The position numbers and the translations under genes are program-made. This document shows positions 12,255-24,613 of a stretch of 64,000 nt of DNA, one piece after another. The notes under the pieces are model-generated. The model did not search any database. It worked only from the letters and a program-made list of their open reading frames with translations, and was not told where the DNA came from. The stretch's first letter is position 1. Each line of letters starts with the position of its first letter. Source of the DNA: Eledone cirrhosa (taxonomy: Eukaryota); assembly GCA_964016885.1 (NCBI GenBank), contig OZ024745.1, positions 124,372,001 through 124,436,000 on the forward strand, in the 5' to 3' direction.

Positions 12255-12955
12255 GGAATAACAATAGTTAGTATAACAATAACAACAATGTGTCCGAACA
12301 CGGAAGAGCCAAACTCCCACTGTCATCGCTGTCATCTCTCTCGCCCTCCCCATCTCTCTGTATTATGATAAATGGGGCCCCACCTGCTGTTCGCCCCACA
12401 GCTCCGGCAGACAGAATGGAGAAGGCCAGAGGATGGTAAGGGAGATGGGCTGGAAGAGCCATTCCATCTCATGAGGCTCACACCTGCGGCTGGCCAGCTC
12501 AGCGCCTTTGGTGGTAAGTAGGGAGGTAGCCCTAGGGCCAAAAACACCAGAAGTCTCCACTGCCAAGGGCACGACCACAAACCTGTCGCAGAGCGACTGG
12601 TACTTGGAGAGTTTACCCTCCTCAGCCCGAAGTGCAGCAAAACCTGGGTTAGTTGCAGTCTGCACCAGGTTACAGCTGGAGAAAGTATTGCTGCAAGTGG
12701 CATCCCAGACGAGGGGTTTGCCATCGCAGAATGGCAAGATAGTCATACCACCTGGCCTTTTGCCATTCCCTCGGTCCAGCCCCACTGGCTCGAGCTGGGA
12801 GGGGAAGCCTGCAGCATCCAGGCCATGCTTTATGACCTCATTGAGGGCAGCATCGCATGGAAGATGACCAGCACTATAGCAACAGGAAAGCGGACGGAGG
12901 CCAAAAGTGTCTATGGTGGATCCGCAGCAACATTTGTGTGGTTCGCAGATCTGTG
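12255..12955 (-). mobile_element. CRE-like non-LTR retrotransposon 3' fragment (restriction-like endonuclease)
   Basis: GC-rich block translating to LEPVGLDRGNGKRPGGMTILPF..LVWDATC..AEEGKLSKY..VPLAVETSGVFG, the RPD..D..K RLE signature of CRE-type elements (the RPD position is mutated). Confidence 0.75.
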
Positions 12956-13439
12956 ATGTGGTTCCTTTTGTTTATCACACAGCTATGATTGGGCTGGCCT
13001 AGGATCAATTACTTTCTAGCCATGATCATCCATGTTGGAGTTACTGCCGATCAATGGTTATTCCTTTACAGTCATAGTCATCCTACTTTTGTTTCTAGTT
13101 TTGTGTATCAATGATCTCATTTTCTAATGTGTCAATCCATTTTGAAAACAATAAGGGTGTTGTTACAGTTATTGATGTTTTTGCTTTTGTTGTGATTATT
13201 GTTTTTATATCTGCTTTCTGCTGTTGTTGTCTAGGTCACACATTACAACAACAAATGAGATTCATTAAGAGAAGAAAATATGTGAGAGAATATGAATGTG
13301 TGTGAAATGTTACTGGTTAAAACCAGCAAGACCACTATTCAACTTAGTACACTATACTTATGAAAAGAAGAGTATAAATATTATGAGGATTTTCTGGCCT
13401 ATAGTTAAGCTTTTTACCCAAGTGATCTAATTAGCAATG

Positions 13440-13990
13440 AGGAAAGTGCTCTGAAAGTATGATAGTCTGCATAAAAGCAGGCTGAAAGATGTTTAAGAAT
13501 TGATACCTCTTCTGACAATAAAGAGCTTCTTTCTCAGAGTGAAGGGTAGACTTTATTATGCTTGTATACAAACTGCGATGCTACATGGTCATGTAAAGAT
13601 AGTTATTGACTAGAGAAGACCTGCGAATATTAGAAGGAAATAAAGTGAGTGCATGCTAATCGATGTGTAATGTTAGTGCGCATAAACAAAGCAGCATAGG
13701 CAAATTGAGAGAAAAACTTAGCATAAGAGGAATTGGATGCAGTGTGCAAAAGAGAAGACTGCATTGGTATAGACATATGGCTTGTATGGAAGATGGCAGC
13801 TTCATAAAGAAATGCAGAGAAATCCCAGTGGCTGGGACCCATGGAAGAGACAAGCCCAGGAAGACTTGGGACTAGGTAGTGAAGACAGACCTTACCTTAA
13901 GAAGCAAAACCTCACAGCAGTGAAGGGTTGGTGCTATGCTGTGAAGACAGACCTTAAGAAGCAAAACCTCACAGCAGTGAAGGGTTGGTG
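13440..13990 (+). pseudogene. decayed RTE LINE 3' fragment
   Basis: LREKLSIRGIGCSVQKRRLHWYRHM..GRDKPRKTWD, with a short internal tandem duplication near 13880-14000. Confidence 0.85.
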
Positions 13991-14634
13991 TTATGCTGTG
14001 CTGACCCATCACTGTACACCCCCAAACCCACCCTTCCATGCCCCCTCCAGTATCATGTTTTAGTTATTCCTCCCCTTCCACCCCTAAAGTCAATATATAC
14101 CTTCTCTATTGCACCCTAGTAGCTACTCCATCCACACATGTCTACCCCACTCTGCTCATGCCCTCTCAACTACCACTTCCTATCAAATCTCTCCATCACT
14201 ACACTGTTCCCCTATGCTAGGGACCACACCTCCTCCACTATCATCACTTAGGCATTCTCACCATCAGTACATCTATGCTATTGGGGATCACCCCAACTCA
14301 TCACCTTGTCAAATCACACCCTGCTATACATCCATAACTTCATGCTTAACTCCCTTTCCTCTCTTGAGAAGTAAGTAGAGAGGGCTCTTCAGTTGGAACA
14401 ATAACTGACAACCTCACATATATTTATGAAGAAGCCCAAGGCCAGCAATTTGGAGGATGGATAAGCCAATTAAATCGACCTAGTACTTGATCGGTACTTT
14501 CCTTTATCGATCCTAGAAGGATGAAAGGTAAAGTGATCCTAGTGATCCTAGTGAGATTTGAACGCTGAACCTGAAGAGCCATAATGAAATGCCATTTAGC
14601 TGATTGTTCAACATGCTAATGATTTCACAAATTA

Positions 14635-14850
14635 ATTGTTTCTACTTTAGGCTCAAGGTCAGCAATTGGAAGGGGAGGGAAGGTCGATTAAATTGACCCC
14701 AGTGATTACTGGTACTTTATTTTATCGACCCCGTATGGATGAAAGATAAAGCTAACCTTGGCGGGATTTGAACTCAGAACATAAAGGACTGTAACCCTAT
14801 GCTGTGAAGCATGGTGTCTGGTGCTCTACCAATACTGCCAATCCACTGCC
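14635..14850 (-). mobile_element. SINE family A (longer variant)
   Basis: Perfect 20-bp TSD TAATGATTTCACAAATTAAT. Confidence 0.9.
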
Positions 14851-15779
14851 TTAATGATTTCACAAATTAATGATAGTAATAAATGGTCCTTTAGAAAAAA
14901 GTCTTATCTAACGTCCCTGGTTCCTGTCAGTGTCTTATTGTAAATCCTCATTGCTATTGTTCTTATTATTATTTTTCATTATATTGTCATTTCTCTCTTC
15001 TTCATTACCTTCTTACAATTATTTTTCTCTCTCCACCGTCTCCTTATTCCTTCTTTTTTTCCGTCTCCGCCTTCTCTTCTCTTTCTTCTTTCCCATCTAT
15101 TTGTCTCTAATACCTCTTTGTTCTTGTTTACATTCTTGTTGTTTTAGACACCAAAAGCTACAGTATAAATAAAAACGATAAGATAAATATTTGCTGTTGA
15201 ATTAAACAAGATATATAAACATATAAAATGCATACACATAAAACATATGAGGAAAAAAAATGATGATAAATTATATATAAAGAAATATAGGAAATATATG
15301 TATAAAGTACATATAGAAATAATGGTAAAAATGAAACAATAGAAAATTTATGAAGTTTGTTTGAATTCTTCTCCGGGTAAAAATGTCTGATTGCAATTCA
15401 CCATTTTTATTTTTACTCATTCTTTTATTTCTTATTTTGGTTTTAATTTGTTTTTGTGGTTGTTGTTTTTTTTTTGTTCTATATTTTGTATATCAGTACC
15501 TGGCTAGCCGAAGGGAAGTAACTTTTTTTTTATTTGCAGACTGATGTTGTATTAATAATGGTAGTGGTGGTGGTGGTGGTTGTGGTGGTGATGAAGAAAT
15601 TCATAGCAGAGATAATGGAGGCGATTGGTTATAGAGCTGGACTGACGTAAGTGATCCGAATGTGTGTGCAGGTGTTAGGTGGGAGAAAGGAAGTAAATAA
15701 ACAGAGAGAGAAACAGAGTGAGAGGAAAATGCAGAAGAAAAATGAGGAGAGGAAAAAAAATGAGAAATAAACAAAGCAA

Positions 15780-15814
<35 letters not shown>

Positions 15815-16277
15815 ATACAAATAAAAAAATGAAAAAGTCAAATAAGATTGATATTAACAAGTAGAAGAGAATGCTGTGTTATTTTTTAGTGAATAAAACA
15901 GATAAATAAATATATATCTTTTACATTTCCTTTTTGCCGTTTTTAGAAAGTGAGGAAGGACACTTGACTATGAATATTAATGACTTCTTTGACATATGTA
16001 TATATATAAGGTATGTGTGAAATATAAGATTTTGTGATATTCATGCCTCTCTCAAAACTATTTGTGCATCAAGTGAATTGAAATAGCCAAAATGTATAAA
16101 TGGAAAATAGATTTATGGAAAGCCACAACTAAGTTGGTGCTCAGAAACACTTCTAATTCTATTGTATAAATTAAACAAATAGTACATTCTCTGCACATAA
16201 CAGATACTTAATAACAACCAAGTAAAATAAGACAGCCAATGCAATATATTCCCTATATTATCAACACCCAATAAAAT

Positions 16278-16660
16278 AATTGTTTCTACTTTTGGCACAA
16301 GGTGAATAATATGGGAGATGGGAAAGTCAATTAAATAAACCCCAGTGCATTACTGGTGCTTCATTTTATCAACACTGTAAGGATAAAAGATAAACCTAAC
16401 CTTGGCAGCATTTGAACTCAGAACATAAGGGGCCATAAATCTATGATGATTTCTGATTTAGTCACATTGCCAAGGATTTTAGGGTAGGGGAAAGTCAATT
16501 AAATTAACACCAGGGCAATACTGGTACTTCATTTTATCGATACTGTAAGGATAAAGGACAAAACAAACATCGGTGGGATTTGAACTCAAAAGGTGAAAGG
16601 ATGTAATTATATACTGCAAAGCATGTTGTCAGATGCTCTACTGATACTGTCAATCCACTA
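16278..16660 (-). mobile_element. two older SINE family A copies
   Basis: Diverged family A matches in tandem. Confidence 0.75.
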
Positions 16661-16781
16661 CTTGGTCCATAACAAACATATAGTAGTGTAAAACCAACAA
16701 ATCAAACAACTCACATTGTATATGGCTAAAATCGAATAATGCTACAGCAAGCATACATTATATTCCATATACTTTACAGAA

Positions 16782-17267
16782 CAGCCCACACTCTAGAGAA
16801 CAGCCCACAATCTACACAACAGCCCACACTCTACACAACAGCCCACACCCTACACAACAGCCCATACTCTACACAACAGCCCATACTCTACACAACAGCC
16901 CATACTCTACACAACAGCCCATACTCTACAAAATAGCCCACACTCTACACAACAGCGCACAATCTACACAACAGCCCACAATCTACACAACAGCCCATAC
17001 TCTATACAAAAGCCCACACTCTACACAACAGCTGACAGTCTACACAACAGCCCACACTCTACACAACAGCTGACAGTCTACACAACAGCCCACACTCTAC
17101 ACAACAGCTCACACTCTACACAAGAGCCCATACTCTACATAACAGCCCGTAATCTACACAACAGCCCACACTCTACACAACAGCCCATACTCTACACAGC
17201 AGCCCGTAATCTAAACAACAGCCCACACTCTACACAACAGCCTGTAATCTACACAACAGCCCACACT
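16782..17267. repeat. 19-bp minisatellite (CAGCCCACACTCTACACAA), about 25 copies
   Basis: Direct tandem units with point variants and no unique spacers. Confidence 0.95.
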
Positions 17268-17521
17268 AAAAGACATAACACCAACAATAGCACATACAAA
17301 GTATAATCACCATTAAACAAAACAACATAATTCATTGTACACATACTCTATAGAGCAGAAAAACATTAAAATAACACCCCAAAACAAATAAACATAAAAC
17401 TAAACCAAGCAAAGCTGAGGTTTACATCATAAGGAGACAATGTCACATACATGGGAGGAACATGGAAGTGCAACTGGTGATGCAACATAACCTCACATAA
17501 AACTGTTAAAAAATTAATAAT

Positions 17522-17705
17522 AATTGTTTCTACTTTTGGCACAAGGCCAGCAATTACCAGTGCATTACTGGTACTTTATTTTCTCAACCCCATAAGGATG
17601 AAAGGCAAAGTTAACCTCGGCAGGATTTGAATTCAGAATGGCAAGGGCTATAACTCTTTGCTGCAAAGCATGGCATCCAATCCTCTGCCGATACTGCCAA
17701 TCTAC
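17522..17705 (-). mobile_element. SINE family A
   Basis: Family A match; imperfect TSD CTGTTAAA..ATTAATAATAAT. Confidence 0.9.
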
Positions 17706-17847
17706 TGTTAAATTATTAATAATAATAATAATGATTTATTGATCTTTATCTGGTATAATTAATGTATTACAAATGTTCATAGAGGTCATTGATCTGATAT
17801 CATTTGTAAATATGCTTTTGAAGAGCTGTTCATCTCAATGTTAGCAA

Positions 17848-20090
17848 CATCATCATCATCAGGTTTAGCGTCCGTGTTCCACGCTTGCATGGGTTTGGAC
17901 GGGGGTTTTCCCACTTGAGGCAAGAGTGGTTGTCTTGCTCGCATAGGACTGTCTGGCGGGTTTTCTACAGTTGGATGCCCTTCCTAACACCAACCACATT
18001 TACAGTGTGGGGCTGGGAGGTTTTTACCGTGTTGCCTACACGGCCACATTACAGCGTGGACTGTCTGGCGGGTTTTCTACAGCTGGATGCCCTTCCTAAC
18101 ACCAACCACATTTACAGTGTGGGGCTGGGAGGTTTTTACCGTGTTGCCTACACGGCCACATTTGTTTCGGCCTGGATGTTGTGGGACCAACATAACTTTA
18201 CATTGAAAGGGGCGGTGTGGATGGGGTGGAGGTGGTGGGACGGGGGGGTGTTTTGATAGAGATGCCTACTGACTGTAGTAGGTTTTTACTTTGTATTTAG
18301 GTAAGGCGGGTCTTCTCTATTACTGAGTACCGCCAAAGGTCTCGGTCCAGTGACATTGTCTTCGAGAGGTGTAAGCGTGTGAGGTCGGAATTTATCAGCT
18401 CGTCCCATGTTTTTCTGGGTCTGCCTACTCCGTGGCTACCGTCTATCTTTATTGCCCTGCACTTTGTTATACAGCTGTCGTCTTTCATGCGCATCACGTG
18501 ACCGTACCAACGTAGCCTTCTCTCGAGTAAACAACATCTGATCCCTCTTATTTCTAATTTTTTCCTTAGTTCGTTTATGCTTTGCCGTTCACGTATATTA
18601 CTATTGCACATCCAGCGGAGCATGCAAGCTTCGTTCCTCTCTAGTCTGCATACATCCTCTGCACACAATGCCCAGGTCTCACTGCCATGCAGCATTGCTG
18701 TTCGTATGCAGGCATCGTATAACCTGCCTTTCATTTTTAGGGAGAACCCTCTAGCGGCTAATAGTGGTATAAGCTCTCTGAACTTTTTCCATCCAGTTCT
18801 GACTCTAGCTACTGTACTTTCAGAGCACCCTCCCCCACTGCTGATTTTGTCACCCAGATAACGGAAGCTGTCCACTATTTCTATAGAACCCTCTGCGCAG
18901 TTGAAGGAACTAGTATTTTGTGGGCACTTGCTGCTACTTATTGCACCAGAGCACCGGCCACATGTAAAATCTATGTTCTTAGTTAGCTTACCTGTGATCC
19001 CACTACATCTTTTATGCACCCATACTTTGCATTTGGGACATAAAATTGAATTTCTACCTACGCCTTTCCTACACACTGAGCATGGCCATTTCCCAGATGG
19101 GACCGCCGCCTTATTTTCTTTCCTACAAACTAGAACTTTAGTCTTAGCCAGGTTAATTTTAAGGCCTTTTGATTCTAGGCCGTGCTTCCATGTTTGGAAT
19201 TTCTTCTCTAGTTCGGGCATTGATTCAGCTATGAGCGTTAGATCATCTACGTATAGGAGTTCCCATGGGCAGCCGGTCTTGAACTCCTCTGTTATAGCCT
19301 GAAGGGCAATAATAAATAGTAGGGGGCTAAGAACAGAGCCCTGATGGACACCAACTTTTACGCTAAACTCTTCACTATATTCGTTGTTAATTCTAACCTT
19401 ACTGACTGTTTCTTTATACATGGCTTGTATAGCTCTCACAAGCCATTCGTCAACACCTAGTTTTCTAAGAGACCACCAGATAATGGAACGGGGGACTCTG
19501 TCGAAGGCTTTCTCCAAGTCGACGAAAGCTAAGTATAGGGGTTTACTTTTAGCTAGGTACTTCTCCTGTAGTTGTCGTACAATGAAAAGAGCGTCTGTGG
19601 TACTTTTGCCTGACACAAACCCGAACTGCATTTCATCTAGATCAATTCTCTCTCTGATTAGTTGCGCTATTACTTTTTCCGTGACCTTCATGACCTGGTC
19701 GATTAATTTAATGCCTCTATAGTTACTCCTATCTAGGGCATCTCCTTTTCCCTTATAGCAGTTAACGATGATGCTGCTACGCCATTCCTTCGGAACAACC
19801 CCATTCTGTACGACTTGGTTAACTATCCGGGTGACCATGGTGTGTCCCACCGAACCAGATGCCTTCAGCATCTCAGCAACTATTTCCGAAGGCCCAGCTG
19901 CCTTACCCGTCTTCCTATCTTTGATTGCCTTACTTATTATACTACCTTCAACTAACACTGCTGGTCCCTCTATTGGATCGATCTGGGGGAGACTGTCTTT
20001 CTCCCATTTGTTCTCCTCATTTAGAAGCCTTTCGTAGTGACACTTCCAAGCTACCTTCTTATCAGTGTCGGTGATGGCACAGACAGATTT
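17848..20090 (-). mobile_element. young 5'-truncated RTE-clade LINE
   Basis: Uninterrupted RT ORF; 3' UTR with an internal duplication of about 112 bp (17946-18162); (GAT)n tail. Confidence 0.95.
18297..20090 (-). CDS. RTE reverse transcriptase (no APE domain, 5'-truncated) with PHD-type zinc finger
   Basis: GKAAGPS, NYRGIKL, QFGF, AFVDLEKAFD, GVHQGSVLSPLLF, LLYVDD, FRYLG, RWYGHV. The ORF track extension to 20276 looks like flanking DNA read in frame. Confidence 0.92.
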   Translation of the reverse strand, partial: KSVCAITDTDKKVAWKCHYERLLNEENKWEKDSLPQIDPIEGPAVLVEGSIISKAIKDRKTGKAAGPSEIVAEMLKASGSVGHTMVTRIVNQVVQNGVVPKEWRSSIIVNCYKGKGDALDRSNYRGIKLIDQVMKVTEKVIAQLIRERIDLDEMQFGFVSGKSTTDALFIVRQLQEKYLAKSKPLYLAFVDLEKAFDRVPRSIIWWSLRKLGVDEWLVRAIQAMYKETVSKVRINNEYSEEFSVKVGVHQGSVLSPLLFIIALQAITEEFKTGCPWELLYVDDLTLIAESMPELEKKFQTWKHGLESKGLKINLAKTKVLVCRKENKAAVPSGKWPCSVCRKGVGRNSILCPKCKVWVHKRCSGITGKLTKNIDFTCGRCSGAISSSKCPQNTSSFNCAEGSIEIVDSFRYLGDKISSGGGCSESTVARVRTGWKKFRELIPLLAARGFSLKMKGRLYDACIRTAMLHGSETWALCAEDVCRLERNEACMLRWMCNSNIRERQSINELRKKLEIRGIRCCLLERRLRWYGHVMRMKDDSCITKCRAIKIDGSHGVGRPRKTWDELINSDLTRLHLSKTMSLDRDLWRYSVIEKTRLT

Positions 20091-20439
20091 TATCTCAGCA
20101 AAGATAAAAATTATAAACAATATCAGTAAAATTAGCATTAATCTGCTAAAGGTTAACAAAGCAATACAAATATTGCAGCAGATGCATAAAAGCATACTAA
20201 AATAGAATGGGGAAAACTTAATATCACCAGAAAGTGGGGAAAACTGGGACACAACAAGAATGACTGCAATACACATAAAAGGCCAGACATCATTCCTGAT
20301 GTGTCACAAATAAAACAGAAGCAATATGGGTTTTAATGAAAGGAATATGTTTAGATTCTACATGCATATTTTTGCAGATGTGCTGTACCCTACCAAACAT
20401 AACTTTTAATCTCAACAGATTATAAACATGAGAGATCAC

Positions 20440-20690
20440 AGCTCTAATACTATGTTGCATGTGGTTAGAATGTCTCAGGAAAGAATCACTGGACAAATTT
20501 TACAGGCAAAACCAACTGGTAGGAGACCCAGGTATAGACACCGAGTAAGATGGGGGGATAAAATCCATGAGCTTGGCTGTCCTCGCTTGGGGATCCAGCT
20601 GGATCAGTTGGAGATGGTTGCTTCTGACAGGACCTGCTGCAAGGAATGTTTGAGAACTCTGCCCCCATGACCTCTCAGGAATAAGTGGAT
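20440..20690 (+). pseudogene. RTE (Expander/Rex3-like) C-terminal fragment
   Basis: HVVRMSQERITGQILQAKPTGRRPR..RW; related copy at 36500-36685 on the minus strand. Confidence 0.7.
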
Positions 20691-20714
20691 AAAAAAAAAA
20701 AAAATAATAATAAT

Positions 20715-22111
20715 ATATGTATGGAATTTGGTGTTAATAAGTGTAGAGTCCTAGTGATGAAGAACGGTAAATTGAGCAGAAGCAACGGAATACAGGTACC
20801 AACAGGTGAGATGATAAAGGGATACAAATATTTAGGTGTTCTGGAGGCAGATGACATCAAGAACAAAAAAATGAAGGAATTGATAAGATCTGAATACATA
20901 AGGAGAGTAAGGAGCGTATTAAAATCACATCTAAATAGTAGGAATGTCATAAGTGCAGTAAATTCCCGAGCTGTGTCTATTATTAGGTACAGTGCGGGAA
21001 TTCTGAAATGGAATGTTGCTGAACAAAAAGAAATGGATAGGTTGACTAGGAAGTTATTGACTATCTACAACATGTTCCACAAGAGGAGTGATGTCGATAG
21101 ACTCTACTTAAAGAGAGCTGAACGTGGAAGAGGTCTTATCAGCATAGAGGACTGTGTTCAGATGGAGAAAAACAACCTACACAAATATGTGACTAACAGT
21201 AGGGAGCCAATGCTCAAAATTGTACTGAAGGAGAAGACAATAGACCAGGGGATGTCCAAGGAGGAAATAACAACAAGGAGGAAGAGTAACCTTCATGAAA
21301 AATCCCTTCATAGTACCTTCTTTAAGAAAACTGAATTTAGAGATCTACAGACATGGAACTAGTTAAAAAGAGGAGACCTTAAAAAAGCTACAGAAGGAAT
21401 GCTAATGGCTGCGCAAGAGCAGGCCCTCAGAACGAAGTGGGTGAAACACTATATTTACAAGGAGGAGGCTAGCCCACTGTGTAGGATCTGTGGAGAGAGA
21501 GAGGAGACTGTGGCTCACATTGTATCCGAGTGTAAACACCTAGCCCAGACTCACTATAAAGGCTGGAGACATGATGTGATAGGAAGGGTGATCCACTGGC
21601 ATCTATGCAAAGTAAACAATTTACCACATTCTGGCATAAGCCAGAGTCGGTGATAGAAAACGATCAGGTGAAGGTGCTGTGGTACTTTAGGATACAGACG
21701 GACAAGAAATTAGAACACAATAGGCCTGACCTGGTGGTTTTGAACAAGGAAAAAATATCATGCCTGATTGCAGATGTAGCCTACCCATTTGACACGAGAG
21801 TGCAAGAAAAGGAGAGGAGGAAAATTAACTGATAACAGGACTTAAAGTGGGAGGTAAAAAGTATTTGGAACTGCCATGAAATCAAGGTCATCCCGATTGT
21901 CATAGGCGCACTAGGTACTATCTCAAAGAGTTTCCAAGGATGGTTAAAGAAGATTAGTCCAGCCCCACTTTTTGGAACACTTCAAAAGACTGCTTGCTGG
22001 GAACAGCAAGAACCCTCCGATACGTCCTAAATATCTGACGTTGCAGGTAGCGGCTTGATATTCATTTGGACAAACTTTCCAGTTAAATAACATCAATGAC
22101 TGAGACTCAAA
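20715..22111 (+). mobile_element. Dong/R4-clade LINE, 5'-truncated, family D1
   Basis: YKYLG, DVDRLYLKR..GRGL, CRICGEREETVAHIVSEC, RPDLVV RLE; (TAA)n on both sides. Confidence 0.9.
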
Positions 22112-22115
22112 GAAC

Positions 22116-22150
<35 letters not shown>

Positions 22151-22151
<1 letters not shown>

Positions 22152-23670
22152 GGAACTTGAGCAGGAACAAACCTATAAATACTTAGGGATTAATGAGGGC
22201 TCTGGTATACAGCATGCAAGTATGAAAGAGAGGATAAGGAAAGAATGTTACAGGAGAGTACGTGCAGTTCTGAGATTAGAACTAAACACTCGTAATAAGG
22301 TGCTAGCCATAAATTCCTTGGCAGTCCCATTTGTTACTTATAGCTTCGGTGTGTTGAACTGGAATATGAGTGAAATCAAAAGAATCAACACCAAAGTCCG
22401 TAAGCTACTGACCTGTAATAGGATGCACCATCCAAAAGCAGATGTGGATCATCTTTATCTTCCTAGAACTCAGGGAGGCTGTGGCCTGATCCAATTTGAA
22501 CTTGCTTACAAGACCACCATCATTGGACTGGCCAAATACCTTGAAACAACTAACGACTGTATGCTGAAACTTGTTGAAAAGCATGAGAGAAGTAAGAAGC
22601 TTCATTCTATCTTGAAGGAGAGCAAAAAATATGCTACTGATCTCATGCTTGATACCCAGGCTGGACAGACTAAAGAAACTGTTGCAACTGATGCTGCTAG
22701 GCACATAAAAGCACAGGCAAAAGCAAAAGGGCAAGGACAATTAGTATCAAATTGGGAGCAGAAACCGCTGCATGGCAAATATGTGGCCCTTAGCAAACAA
22801 GCTGATGTTGACCAAAAGCACACCCATCAGTGGCTACGTAGTTCAGGGCTAAAGGTGGAGAGTAAAGGCTTCATCTTAGCTGCCCAAGATCAAAGCTTAT
22901 TGACCCGTAATTACCAGGCCAATGTGATGAGAAACGGAATAAACCCAAAGTGCCGATTCTGCAATGCTGAGGTTGAAACAGTGGATCACTTAGTCTCTGG
23001 ATGTAAAGTTTTAGCACCAGTAGAATACAAATATAGACATGACTGGGTAATATGTCGCCATTACAAAATCAAAGCTGAAGACAAGTGGTACAATCATCAC
23101 CCTGAGGCTGTAACTGAAGGAGAAAAAGTAACAATTCTGTGGGACTTTCCTGTACACACTGACAGGACCATAAAAGCAAATAGACCTGACATCATTATAA
23201 AAGATCAACATAACCAGGTCTGTTTGTTGATAGATATGAGCATCCCATGTGATCACAATATCGCGGCAAAAGAATTTGACAAGCTACGAAAATATAAAGA
23301 TCTGCTTATTGAAATTGAGAAAATGTGGCACCTCAAGGCCGTTACAATACCAGTGATTGTGGGAGGACTGGGAATGATCAAGAAAGGAACAGAGCAATAT
23401 TTGTGAATGATTCCTGGTTTACCCTCTCTGCACGAGGTGCAAAAACTTGTTTTGACTGGTAATGCACACGTATTAAGAAGAGTACTATCTCTGTAAGATT
23501 GATATCCTTTATAAATATGCACATGTGTATATATGTATACTGTTTTGTTTTTTTAAAATTATAATCAATGCGCTGTATTAACTGGCTTATCAATGCACAC
23601 TGTGAATTTATTTGCCCTAGGGTGTCAGGAAGACACTCGGCATATATCTCAGAAACAATAATGAAAGAAA
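22151..23670 (+). mobile_element. Dong/R4-clade LINE, 5'-truncated, family D2
   Basis: Long open frame with YKYLG, HPKADVDHLYLPR, CRFC..ETVDHLVSGC, RPDIII..LIDMSIP..KYKDL; (TAA)n flanks. Confidence 0.92.
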
Positions 23671-23859
23671 ATAAAAATAATAATAATAATTAGAAGAAGA
23701 AGAAGAAGAAGAAAAATAAAAAATGAATAAATAAATAGATAGGCGGTGCCCCAGCATGGCCTCAGCCAGATGGCTGAAACAGGTAAAAGAGTAAAAGAGT
23801 AGATATCAGAAATCAAAATAGAAAACTTAAAAGTAACAATAGATAATTAAGTTACAAAT

Positions 23860-24033
23860 AATTGTTTCTACTTTTGGCACAAGGCCAGCAATTATCCCAG
23901 TACATTACTGGTACTTTATTTTATCGACCCCGTAAGGATGAAAGGCAAAGTAAACCTCGGCGGGAATTGAACTCAGATCGTAAAGGGACGTAACTATGCT
24001 GGAAAGCATATCCTACCCTCCACCGATACTGCC
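23860..24033 (-). mobile_element. SINE family A
   Basis: Family A match. Confidence 0.88.
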
Positions 24034-24429
24034 AAAACGTAAAACAAACACCATCATTATCATCAGCATCCTTTTCACATTAACTTTTCTGTGTTAGCCC
24101 AAGTTGAATAGAACTTTTTGAGGCAATATTTTGGATGTCAATGGTTGGATGTTGTTCCTTACAGAAACCCTTTCAGTCACTTCTTATGACACGTAAGGAT
24201 ATTATAAACTGGAAACATATTATAATAAAAATTAGTGAGAAGGTAGCTAATTGATATTGACATAACATTTGCAGAATATGCCAAGTAAATAACAAAAGAA
24301 ACTTAGACAACACCTGTAGAATACTGATTAATAGAAACTGAATGAGAACAACAAAAAACACAAATATAATTGAAAGGGAATAGGATGAAGAAATTCTTAA
24401 GGTAAAAATTATGAACATTCCAGTCTAAT

Positions 24430-24613
24430 AATTGTTTCTACTTTAGGCACAAGGCCAGCAATTACCCAGTACATTACTGGTACTTTATTTTATCAACCCT
24501 GTAAGGATGAAAGGCAAAGTTAACCTCGGCGGGATTTGAACTCAGGCTGTAAAGGGACGTAACTATGCTAGAAAGCATGGCGTCCAACCCTCTACCGATA
24601 CTGCCAATTCACC
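24430..24613 (-). mobile_element. SINE family A
   Basis: Family A match; CTAATAAT direct repeats. Confidence 0.9.

Noticed and set aside
16782-17267. CRISPR-like array
   Set aside because: Contiguous tandem units with no unique spacers, no cas genes, eukaryotic context
18577-20037. Plus-strand ORFs of 89-133 aa
   Set aside because: Antisense shadows of the RTE ORF
20091-20276. Hydrophobic N-terminal extension on the 659-aa RT ORF (apparent membrane-anchored RT)
   Set aside because: Starts at GTG and lies beyond the apparent 5' truncation point; best explained as AT-rich flank open by chance
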